From NCBI GenBank assembly GCA_002269645.1, contig NIVC01002283.1:123112-187111 (forward strand): DNA of 64,000 bases, read 5' to 3'. Positions 11,770-22,751 of the stretch are shown piece after piece. Position 1 is the stretch's first letter. Each line of letters starts with the position of its first letter. The DNA comes from Macrostomum lignano (taxonomy: Eukaryota). Under the pieces are notes generated by a model. It had not been told where the DNA came from. It ran no database searches and was given only the letters and a program-made list of their open reading frames with translations. Made by a program: the position numbers and the translations under genes.

Positions 11770-12486
11770 TGATCATTCTGTGGGCTGCTGTTACTCTAAT
11801 CTGATCATTCTTTGGGCTACTGCTACTCTAATCTGATCATTCTGTGGGCTGCTGCTACTCTAATCTGATCATTCTGTGGGCTGCTGCTACTCTAATCTGA
11901 GCATTCTGTGGGCTGCTGCTACTCTAATCTGAGCATTCTGTGGGCTGCTGCTACTCTAATCTGATCATTCTGTGGGCTGCTGTTACTCTAATCTGATCAT
12001 TCTGTGGGCTGCTGCTACTCTAATCTGATCATTCTGTGGGCTGCTGTTACTCTAATCTGATCATTCTGTGGGCTGCTGCTACTCTAATCTGATCATTCTG
12101 TGGGCTGCTGCTACTCTAATCTGAGCATTCTGTGGGCTGCTGCTACTCTAATCTGAGCATTCTGTGGGCTGCTGCTACTCTAATCTGAGCATTCTGTGGG
12201 CTGCTGCTACTCTAATCTGATCATTCTGTGGGCTGCTGCTACTCTAATCTGAGCATTCTGTGGGCTGCTGCTACTCTAATCTGAGCATTCTGTGGGCTGC
12301 TGCTACTCTAATCTGAGCATTCTGTGGGCTGCTGCTACTCTAATCTGAGCATTCTGTGGGCTGCTGCTACTCTAATCTGAGCATTCTGTGGGCTGCTGCT
12401 ACTCTAATCTGAGCATTCTGTGGGCTGCTGCTACTCTAATCTGAGCATTCTGTGGGCTGCTGCTACTCTAATTTGAGCATTCTGTG
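11770..12486. repeat. Minisatellite, 32-bp unit (tactctaatctgagcattctgtgggctgctgc)
   Basis: About 22 near-identical copies ending just before the stop codon of the HSP70-like ORF. Confidence 0.97.
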
Positions 12487-12509
12487 CTACCCGCCTTAAA
12501 TTGAACAAT

Positions 12510-13994
12510 TCACCAAAACATTTTCACCTGTAATTTGTTGTGCTTTTCCATGGAGAACGTGATCCAAAGATCGGGCTTCTTCGTTGGTGTTATCTCTGTC
12601 ACAACTCTTTCAATAAAGAAGTGCTTCTCTTTTCCGTCCAGAACGTACTCTTCATAGACGTCGACAGCGAACTTAGTAACCTCCCTGTCAGTGCTTTGCA
12701 CGAAAGCGGCTCTCGAATTCGTGCTCACAACCGGCTCCCCCTGTTCAAGCATCGCCACAAATCCGCTGTTAGAAGTCCAGTAGCCGAAGGTGCCAGGGCA
12801 GAGTGTCACCACAGCAGGTGCGCTGTCTCCAGACATGAGGTAACTGGCCTGTACAGCAGCCCCCATCACTGCCCACAAGCCAGCATCCGTGTCTAAGCTG
12901 CTGACTTCCGAATCGCTGATCAAACTTTGGCTCAGCTCTCGAACTTCCGGGATGTTAGCAACTGATCCAAGAATCACCGCCTGACTGATTTTACCGCCCT
13001 TTATGACGGGATCATTCTGAACGGTTTTAATTAGCTTTTGCAATCTTAGAAGTTGTGCGGCAATCGCGGTCTTAAACTGAGACCGAGTTATAAGCTCGTT
13101 GAAGTCCTGGTCGTTGTAAATTGACTCGATCTCAACCTGTGCTTCATCGCGTGAGGACAGAGTCCCAATTGCCCTCTCAACTTCTCTGCGCAGCTTCTCC
13201 ATGGCGGATGCATCTTGATGAAGCATTTTCACAAACCGTTTGCCCAATTTTTTCTCTATAGAATTCAGCAGGTGCTCGACTAGCGACTGGTGAATCTCGT
13301 CACCACCAGCCTCGGTTGAGCAGCTTTGCGCCATCATGCTCACATCACCTTTGCTTGAGAATTCAACTGCTCCAACTCCAACTGAGGCATCGCCAGCGTT
13401 AATCACCAGAATTTGCTTATTCCTTGCCCCGGTAAGAAATTGGTAGGCAACTCCTGCAGCTACAGTGGCTTCAATGACGACCACTTCGTCTGTGAAACCG
13501 GCTATTCTACCTGCGTCTCGAATAGCTCGGAGTCGCGCGTAACCAAGGCAACTCGGTACGCTGATCACGGCGCTGGTCACTTTCTCGCCCAGAGTTTCTT
13601 CAACCAGCTGGCGTTGTCTTCTCAGCAGCAGTGCCAGAATTTCAACTGGCAACAAAGACTTTTTAAAACTGTCAGATTGAAACGTCACGACTGTATCGTT
13701 GCTGTCGTTGCGCATCTCGCGGAGCACCGCGTATGGGACGCGTTGAATCTGCCGCTGCACCGGTTCGCTGTCAAAATTGACGCTGTCCAGCAGCGATAGT
13801 ATCGAGTACGCGGTGCCTGTAGGGTTGGCGACTGTCTGGCATTTGGCATCGTCCCCGATCAGCATGCGACCATCGGCAGTGAAGGCGACGTAGGCGGGCG
13901 TGCGGTGGCTACCCTGGTCGTTCTTCAACAGTTCTACTGTGCCGTTGCGAATGAAGGCGGCTCTGGAATCGGTGACGAAGAGAAGAGTAGGGAA
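12510..13994 (-). CDS. Divergent HSP70-family protein (degenerate ATPase motifs, truncated substrate-binding domain, no EEVD); open from a phase-0 acceptor at 13994 with no ATG
   Basis: NDQGSHRTPAYVAF, AVISVPS, AIRDAGRIAG, EATVAAGVAY, GGDEIHQSL, KLRREVERA and AVMGAAVQA align to the HSP70 NBD. The frame is open to a TAG at 14036-14034 with no ATG. Acceptor ttccttacag ends at 13995. Confidence 0.82.
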   Translation of the reverse strand, partial: FPTLLFVTDSRAAFIRNGTVELLKNDQGSHRTPAYVAFTADGRMLIGDDAKCQTVANPTGTAYSILSLLDSVNFDSEPVQRQIQRVPYAVLREMRNDSNDTVVTFQSDSFKKSLLPVEILALLLRRQRQLVEETLGEKVTSAVISVPSCLGYARLRAIRDAGRIAGFTDEVVVIEATVAAGVAYQFLTGARNKQILVINAGDASVGVGAVEFSSKGDVSMMAQSCSTEAGGDEIHQSLVEHLLNSIEKKLGKRFVKMLHQDASAMEKLRREVERAIGTLSSRDEAQVEIESIYNDQDFNELITRSQFKTAIAAQLLRLQKLIKTVQNDPVIKGGKISQAVILGSVANIPEVRELSQSLISDSEVSSLDTDAGLWAVMGAAVQASYLMSGDSAPAVVTLCPGTFGYWTSNSGFVAMLEQGEPVVSTNSRAAFVQSTDREVTKFAVDVYEEYVLDGKEKHFFIERVVTEITPTKKPDLWITFSMEKHNKLQVKMFW

Positions 13995-14717
13995 CTGTAA
14001 GGAACTGCCGTTCGCTGAAGTCCGAGTACAGCACTATTGTTGTAAAGAGTTTTTTTAGGTACAGTTGCAATTTTTACATCCGGGATAGCCAAGCTCCTCA
14101 AGCACCCACACCATCATCAAAGCATCAAACTAAGATATGAAAGTTTCGAGAGCTCGAAATCAGACAATGAGTACTTTTTTGAGCTTTAGATTCATGTGAG
14201 TAACAGATATATCGCTTGCTAAAATTTCAATCCGTTAAAGTGATTAAAGTGTTAAACGCATTAAAATATTGAAGGTTCAAAACCTACACTTTGACTTACC
14301 TTAAATTGGACGCGTCAATGTCAATGCCAACGAAAACTTTTTTGACAGGTTCTGCTGTCACAAAATTGCTTGGGTAGTTGAATGTCAGCAGTGTGATTAT
14401 GAGAATAACTTCTCCGAGCGGTCTCATCTTTGGTATCTTTCTATGAAATGTCTAAAAGGTCCTAACAAAAGACGAAGTGTAAGTCCTGCTTTTTTATAAT
14501 AGTCTCAGAAGCATAGTGCAAAAATCTTGGTACCTAGTTAGTTTGTTCGTTCTGTCTTATTATGAACACATACCGTAGCCTGTACATCACTATACAGCTG
14601 TGTCAGTGACGCACACATTCTATGAATTGACTACAGGCTTTAGCCTCGCTACGTTGCCCTTTTGTTACCTTCTATGCAATAATCTTAAGTTAGTTGATGC
14701 AGGTATTTGTGCAGAAA

Positions 14718-15133
14718 GGCTTCTGACACAAATCGGAGGTCGGGTTCTGACACAAATCCGAGGTTGGGAATTCTGACACAAATCCGAGGTTGGGAATTCT
14801 GACACAAATCCGAGGTTGGGAATTCTGACACAAATCCGAGGTTGGGAATTCTGACACAAATCCGAGGTTGGGAATTCTGACACAAATCCGAGGTTGGGAA
14901 TTCTGACACAAATCCGAGGTCGGGTTCTGACACAAATCCGAGGTCGGGTTCTGACACAAATCCAAGGTTGGGTTCTGACACAAATCCGAGGTCGGGTTCT
15001 GACACAAATCCGAGGTTGGGAATTCTGACACAAATCCGAGGTCGGGTTCTGACACAAATCCGAGGTCGGGTTCTGACACAAATCCAAGGTTGGGTTCTGA
15101 CACAAATCCGAGGTCGGGTTCTGACACAAATCC
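14718..15133. repeat. Minisatellite, mixed 26/24-bp units (gaggttgggaattctgacacaaatcc)
   Basis: Visible tandem copies; explains ORFs 14665-15180. Confidence 0.95.
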
Positions 15134-15542
15134 GGGTCTCAGAGAATTCGCTAGCAGTGTTAAAATTGAATGTGGGCTGATTTTAAAGTTTATAACACGA
15201 CATTATTTAGTGTTTTGTATTTAATAAATTACTAAATAAATATTTAAGCTGTTTCAGTTACAAAAACGGCTATTTCAGCTTTTTGCGCTAAATTTTTGTA
15301 ACAACATTATCGTAATTTTCATTAAAACTGACTGAAACAAAAAAAATGAAAATATAATGTCTGTAGAAAAACTGGTGCTTAAGGTGGCGGGGGAAATTTC
15401 TAAAATGAGAAAAATTAAACACAATAAAATAGGGATTTTTTAATGATAATTAAGCATTTCTAACAACAAATACCTCCGCCATGGACAATAGCGTAGGTAT
15501 ATAATATCATAGTAGTTATATCAATTTCGGGGCAGATGCTTC

Positions 15543-15818
15543 TCAGAAGCTACTGACACCTGCCAGAAGCTACTGACACCTGCCAGAAGCTACTGACACC
15601 TGCCAGAAGCTACTGACACCTGCCAGAAGCTACTGACACCTGCCAGAAGCTACTGACACCTGCCAGAAGCTACTGACACCTGCCAGAAGCTACTGACATC
15701 TGACAGAAGCTACTGACACCTGCCAGAAGCTACTGACACCTGCCAGAAGCTACTGACACCTGCCAGAAGCTACTGACACCTGCCAGAAGCTACTGACACC
15801 TGACAGAAGCTACTGACA
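15543..15818. repeat. Minisatellite, 20-bp unit (cagaagctactgacacctgc)
   Basis: Visible tandem copies. Confidence 0.95.
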
Positions 15819-16098
15819 GGAGAGACAGACGCTATTAGCAACTGACAACAGGAACTACTGGCTACTACAGCTGGCTAAATTTACAATTGACAAAAAGTAT
15901 TAAATTATTTACAACTGACAGAAGCTGAACTAGATTATAGAACGTACCCCAAGTGACAACTGACAGAATTTTTAGCTCAAAAAAACGCCTTCATCACTGC
16001 CCTAAAGAGTAACAAGAATTAGTAAAGATGACATAGAAATCTTCTAATCCGTAGTCTCAATGGTCCATGACAAATTGTCCATGACAAATTCAAGCAGT

Positions 16099-19000
16099 TC
16101 ACAGCTGGCACACTGCCAGCATTGGCTGAGTCTCCTGCCGAACGTCCTGCCCAGCCAGGTGAGTCATGTGGACGCTGCTGCTGCCTTGGCAGTGTTCGAA
16201 GCTTCCAGCCACGAAGTTGCCTTCATCAATACCATCTCTGCCGATCGCCGGGACGCCGCGAACTCTTCCAGCAGCTGCAGCGCCAGACGGAAAAACCTGC
16301 AAGTCAACGTTCACCTCCTCACCGCGACGTCTTCTGCCGCGAAGTTCACGACCTTGCGTATCGTCAACGCCGCCTGGTCCGCGCCTGGCGCCACCGCCCA
16401 GGCCGCTAGCGCTGGCGCCGCTATCGCCAGCGGCTCGCCAACAGCGGCAGCATCGGGACACCACCTGCAGGAAATGAGCTCGGAATCGCTTGCTGATGAT
16501 ACACAGGGTGATCGGGTTGCTGGCTGAGTAGGCCGACGGCAGCAGCTTGGCGATCATCTTGATCCAGACAAATGCCTCGGTTACCTGCCGATGGTGATAA
16601 TTAGGTTATAGATACAAGAGTCCTAAGAAGGTACGTTCTAATAACTCGTACGTCCTATTGTATTTATCTTTGGTGACAAAATTCACCAACCTTCCCCACT
16701 CACCTGCTTGGACAGGAAGAAGTGCAGCATGGTTATGTAGTCGAGTGCCCAGGCGACAAAGAACACGGCAGCCAGGCACAGCACCAGCTTGGCCAGTTTT
16801 TTCCTACTCTCAATCTGATTGGCGGCGGAAACGTTGGCTCGCTCGGAAGCGGCCGCGGCTCGCTCGTGAGCTCGGGCAGTTTTCATCAGCTTGCCAGCCA
16901 TCAGGCCGTAGAACACGGCAATCAGAGCGCCTGGGAGCAGGTAGTAGAGAGCTAGCTTGAGCAGTACCATGGTTGTGCGATAGGTTGACCCCCAGCTGGC
17001 TGGGAACGGGTAGCAGTGCTTGATCAACAAGCAACGGTGTCGCTTCTCTTCAATGTCCGCGCTCACGGCGTAGGGTATGGCTAGGACCACTGCGATTGGT
17101 GGAAGGGTTTTGCGTCGTTGTGTAACATTTTGTACTGATTGTGCATTCTGTAACATTTGTATCATTTTTATCATTCTGTAACCATTTGTACCATTCTGTA
17201 ACCAATTGTACCATTCTGTAACCAATTGTACCATTCTGTAACCAATTGTACCATTCTGTAACCAATTGTACCATTCTGTAACCAATTGTACCATTCTGTA
17301 ACCAATTGTATCATTCTGTAACCAATTGTACCATTCTGTAACCAATTGTATCATTCTGTAACCAATTGTACCATTCTGTAACCAATTGTATCATTCTGTA
17401 ACCAATTGTACCATTCTGTAACCAATTGTACCATTCTGTAACCAATTGTATCATTCTGTAACCAATTGTACCATTCTGTAACCAATTGTACCATTCTGTA
17501 ACCAATTGTACCATTCTGTAACCAATTGTACCATTCTGTAACCAATTGTACCATTCTGTAACCAATTGTACCATTCTGTAACTATTTGCACCGTTCTGTA
17601 ACCATTTTACCATTTTATAAGCATTTGAACTATTCTGTAACAGGTTGTACCTTTATGTAACGTTTGTACCACAGAATACAGTGCATTCTGTGGTTTGTAC
17701 CTTTGTATATTACGCTTTTATCTAAAACTCTTTCTCACTATGCTGTCGCCACTCACCAGCAGCAATCCAGATGATCCCAAGGCCCAGTTTGGTAACAAAA
17801 CCTGGCCTCGAAGATTTCAAATTCGACATCGGCCTGGTGATGGCAAGGCACCTGTACAGCAGTTTGGGTGAGTTTGTATTCGTTAGTTATTACTGAAGTG
17901 AGTAGTGCAACCCAAAATCATATGTACTGAAAGTGCATCACTGAGCGCTATCATAAGTTGTTGCTTACGTTCTGAAAACTAACAAAGAAAAGAAAGTTTC
18001 CAGACAGTGTCCTGCATTTCATGATTGATTGCTTCAATATTTGCTTCTAGAAAGTGACTTCACCTCAGATCCCGCAAAGCAAACAGCAGAAGCCAAGAGG
18101 AGGAGTGTCTTGAGCAGCTGTCGTGAGAATTCGTCACTCCTCGGAGATTCGGGAAAAGTGAACTCCAAAGCTCATAATAATTTGATAGCCAAATCGGAAA
18201 CAATTTTCTTCGGCAGCAGCTCTGAAGCAACAGTCGTGAGGGCGGAAATTGAAGACCCTGTGTTTTCAAGAGCAGATGCTCCTTCCACCTTGGACTGCAG
18301 AAGAAGTTAGTCAGGCGCACGAGCGCGGGATCTAGATCAGCTTTTTCCACCTGGCTGACCCTTATTTTCCGGCAGAACTAGTTTAAATAACATGCGTTGG
18401 TTTGTTTGGCTTCATCCGGTTCACCCCGCCAGTTCGCATCACTCTATTTCACTGTTCAGCGAGGTTTCAGGGTGGGTAATTTAAACGGATATTCAATTTG
18501 ACAAATTGGCTCAACGGTAATGAGCATACTGTGCGCCACAAAAGGCTTCACCAATTCAAACCTAATTATACGCCAGCTTAAGGCTGAATTCTACTTTGCA
18601 GATAAGTCTTTTTGGCATTGTTCTGTTTTATCTAATAGCTACATCTCTCTGCGTCAGGGAGACGTTGTCAGGTTATTTATTGAGTGGCTAAGATTTGACT
18701 TGGTATCTTACAATAAAATCATTTCCTTTTTTCATTACCAGTTCCCTGTCAGACTCTACAGTTGAATTGGCATGATCTGTTTCATATTTCAAAAACGTGT
18801 CAGCATTTGAATCGAAGCTCAAACCTGTCGATCGACAGAGCAACCAGGGTGTATACGGAGACTCCCACGGTTAGAAACCGGCAGAAATAGATCGTCTTGC
18901 ACAGGAAGACCGGCAGTTGGACGCCAAATTTGCTAATTATATCGCACGGAATGAACAGCATCAGGTAGACGCAGTCAGCCGCAGCTAAATTTGTTATAAA

Positions 19001-19240
19001 CAGATTCGGCGTGGTTCTCAAACGTTTGTTACTGGCAATGATGAAGATGAGAATGAGATTGCCGCTCAGGCCTAGCAGAAACACTGTGCACTGCAGGCTG
19101 ATGTGCGTCTTGTCCATGGCTCCTATTTCCGGTTGGTACATGGAGTAGTTGAAGCATTCAGGCTTGGTGGCATTGATGTCATTGACTGCCTCCGTAGCTG
19201 ACCCATCCTCTACTGACGAGTTCAGGTTTGTTGTCGACAT
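16099..19240 (-). CDS. Rhodopsin-class neuropeptide GPCR, bombesin/CCHamide/excitatory-peptide receptor type; exons 19240-18825, 17851-17757, 17089-16704, 16584-16099; 460 aa
   Basis: GLSGN, NLFITNLAAAD, VSVYTLVALSIDRC, CYPFPASWG, YYLLP, QIESRKKLAKLVL and SASNPITL. All four GT-AG junctions are phase-compatible (1383 nt total). Exon 17851-17757 is not in the ORF track. Confidence 0.87.
17150..17640. repeat. Minisatellite, 20-bp unit (accattctgtaaccaattgt), GPCR intron 2
   Basis: Visible tandem copies; inflates ORF 16683..17354. Confidence 0.96.
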
Positions 19241-20422
19241 CCCGTTGGTCTTGGCCTGGCGTTAAAACTCTGCGAAAAAAACAGGATAATCTACTTGACA
19301 AAAATTATACTAAATGATTATAAATTAATTACAATGCTGCCGTTTTGCGTCAGTTTCGTTTCTGACCACTCCACCACTCCATGTACTTCAGGCGCAACAG
19401 ACAAAGTTTTCTATCCAGCGTTGATATGCAAATGCTGTGTTTACATAGGATTCCCCTATTGCAATGTGTCCCAAACCGGTACCCAGTCACATAGCGGCAG
19501 ACTGAGAGGCAGCGCGTTGAATCGAATTGCCATGCAACAGTGGCTATGCGGCCGCCTTAATCCCCAGATACACAGTTGGTGACAGTGGATTTTGTTTAGT
19601 TGCTATGCCGAGAGAGCGATCCTAGCAACTGATGGGAATGCTAAGTGGCAGCAGTTCAGTAAATCATGACGGGAATGCAGCTTTTCGCAGCCCGTGAATG
19701 CAGGCAAAAATGCTTGCGTATGCAGCAGAGGCAGAAGTCAAAATCAATACGAGATCTTTTATCAAAGAACTGGATAAATATTTTCATTTCACTGACCGAC
19801 ATTTGACAGTCGGAAGTTCAGCTAGTGCAGATGCATTCCCGAGTCGACAATGGCTCAGTGACTGAGAAGTGCTCACTAACTCACTCCAACAATTTTAATA
19901 ATTTTGCTGAACGAATACTTACCAGACGGCAAGAGCCGGTCGCTGCCTACCTGTTTCCTTTTGTGGAGCTTCTGGATACCTGAGTGAAATCTAGAGCTAT
20001 TTAAATGAGAAATTTTTCAAAGCCGAAACTGATAGACTGATAATGGGAAGGAAAAGCGAGGGCTCCTATAGCCCCAGAATCCGTTGGGATTTTATAGCCA
20101 GCTACAACCCACGCAGGTTTCCCACTCTGTCTCCCTCCTCCCCAGCCGAGTGCCACTCCAGCCAATGACTATTGCCATCTATAGGTTTTGGCGTTCGCTT
20201 TAGAGGTCCTAGTTTTCTCTGAGTCAGTCTCGATCCGCTTCATTCATCCTATGCTCAGAAGGCCCCTGCATTCCACCCAGTTTCGCTAAAAAATATTTAC
20301 CCTTTTTTGTTGTGCTACTGAATGCTTAACTGCATCGATTGACAATTTGTCTGACTGGGATCTTGAAACAGGTGCATTAATTGGATTCCGTGCGTGACAA
20401 CAACATGCACCATGCTGGGACC

Positions 20423-20987
20423 TGACGTCGGCGACGACCTAGCGAGACGGCGCTGCAAGGCCTGGGCTGCCTTCCGATCTGTGCGGGCGGTGCTGCTATC
20501 CGAGGCCCTGTCCGACGGCGCCAGGTCCCAGCTGTTCCAGGCGGTTGTTGAGACCGCCCTGCTGTACAATGCTGAGACGTGGACGCTGACCGGGGCGCTT
20601 GAGGCGCAGCTCGACGCGGTGCATGCGGCCCTAGTCCGCGCCGCTTTCGGCGCCCGCCGCGGCCCTGGTAGCGAGACAATCGAGTCCCTGTACAAGCGCA
20701 CAGGCCTGACGCGGCCTTCTGCCCTGCTGAGTCAGCGGCTTGCCGGACATGTCATCCGGGCCGAAGCCTACTGCCCAGAGCCGCTGCAGGACGTCCTGCT
20801 GTGGACCCCGCAGGAACCGCGCAGGCGTGGCCAGGGACGATCAGCCCGCTACGTCGACCGCCTTTTTGAAGACGCGCGAGCACCCAGCCAGGCGGCCGGT
20901 GTGAAGCACGTTAGAGACCTAGCTCTGAAACGCGCGATTTGACGCTCCCCCCTCTTGGCCACTCCCGTGGCTGGCGTGGGGCGTAAA

Positions 20988-21020
<33 letters not shown>
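20423..21020 (+). mobile_element. 5'-truncated RTE-like non-LTR retrotransposon with (ATT)n tail and 9-bp TSD
   Basis: ORF ...RRRCKAWAAF...ALLYNAETWTLT...LAGHVIR...RRRGQGR is typical of the RT C-terminus of RTE-clade LINEs. (att)n at ~20989-21019; gctgggacc at 20414-20422 and 21021-21029. Confidence 0.85.
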
Positions 21021-21214
21021 GCTGGGACCGCGATGTTTGTCGCGCTATTCACGAAGCCTGTCACGAAGGCGGAGTGCTTTCACAGACCGTGAATTTCACA
21101 TTCCATCATCCACACCCCTGTGCCTGTACGTACGTACCCTGTACGTTTGCATGCTCCGCAGCGGTCAGCAAACCTACATGCAAATTTAGTAGAGGCAAAG
21201 GCCTGTGTGCACCC

Positions 21215-21458
21215 TGGCGCGCTTTAAGCGACATTGCGCAGTCATACGCACAACTGATCCTAAAGTGGCCCTAACTTTATTTATCGTTAGGCATGTACAC
21301 TTCACTGTGCCTTGGGGGTTGACCTTCAAGCGCGTTAATTGCACGAGCAGAGCCAAGCCGAGATTCCAGTTTAGCCCCAAAATTAATGTGACTGCAATTG
21401 GAATCGAGCCTGGGCCGCTGGCACACCAGAGCGCCGCGCTGGACCTCTGGGACTCACT
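21215..21458 (-). mobile_element. tRNA-derived SINE family B, copy with intact head
   Basis: The minus strand begins agtgagtcccagaggtccagcgcgg...ggctcgattcc (A-box/B-box-like). The body is shared with 4280-4550 and, more weakly, with 33740-33835 and 52870-52965. Confidence 0.7.
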
Positions 21459-22751
21459 AACTAACCCACTGAATAATATCGAATTCAATTTTGCCACTAC
21501 AGTATAACTGCTTTGATTAATGATTCGTTTTTGACGACACTGAGCAGTGCAGCCTGTTCAAATCTGTTCAAAATAGTGGCTAATTGGCTTACGAGTCTCT
21601 AGCAAGTGTAGATGCTTAACTTATGCTGGATTTATAATAATGTGACTCTCATCTGGTTCAGGTCCGGTTTCGCTTTTGTCAGGCTCTTCCGTCTTGCCTC
21701 CTGTTTCACTGAGAACGCGCTCAAATCAATACGAGATGCGGTTAAGGATGCGATTCGAGAAGGAAGAAACCTTAACGGAACCGGAAACTTGATGGATGTA
21801 AACTGGGCCTTAGTGAAAATAAAAATATGATAAACTAAGCAGGAATATTAGCCCAGGTGTCATGTACTCTTGTACTTTACATGCACCTGGCTAATTATAC
21901 TCAGGTGTCATCAGGAGTTCAGGTTGTCTTCCTGTGACAAGTACAACACGTCGTCCATTAAATCAAGCTTTGATGATTTCCTTTTCGAATTTTTAAGGTC
22001 TCCCAAAGGTGACTGTTATATGGCTGCAGTGACTGCTAAGCATTCAAACATGAGTTCATGTATTATTTGTATACACGTTTAAAACAAAATTAAAAGATTT
22101 TTTTATCCGAAATCAAAACGTATAGTTTTTTGTGTCCTAAAAATGGAGCGATATTGAGCTGAAACAAGCTGTTTAGTGCAGCAGACAAACAGCTGGCTGA
22201 AGTCAAACTCATCTGGCATTCCAGTTATGACGCTGCTATGGAAGCCACCTAGTTTATGAGATAAAAAATCCCAGCCTTCACTCAATTTGTCATTGGCAGC
22301 TGGCTGATTCAGACTGCATAGAAAAGCGCCGGGGAATGTTATTATTTTCCATTCAGATGTCCTGAATAGTGCTGGGACACTCGGCTGCACATCTCTCACT
22401 AGTTGACATCCGAGACAACCTAGGCAACAGATGTATTCATGACTTGAATACATTAAATGAGTAGCGGTCATAACGCCTTAATACCTTCCAAATGAAGCGA
22501 GCTTGTTTTCTTCCAACAAATTCCTGCGAATCTCTTTATCAGTGTTCAGGCTCAGTACTAATTCTATACTGCAACGAACTCAGCTTTTGTTGAAGTAAAC
22601 TGATCGAGTCGAACGCCTATTTAACCTTATTTTGCCTTGCACGTTGTAAGGACTGCGGGGCATAAAAGCAGGGATAGCTACAGTATTAATCATGTTTGAT
22701 GGAACAAGTCAGTTCAGCAAAGACTTAATATTAATAAAAGTGGCTTACAGA

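Noticed and set aside
9995-12486. Regular 26-32-bp repeats superficially resembling CRISPR arrays
   Set aside because: Units are head-to-tail with no unique spacers, there are no cas genes, and the context is eukaryotic.
18029-18350. Short opposing ORFs in GPCR intron 1
   Set aside because: No motif, no compatible splice sites needed by the GPCR model.
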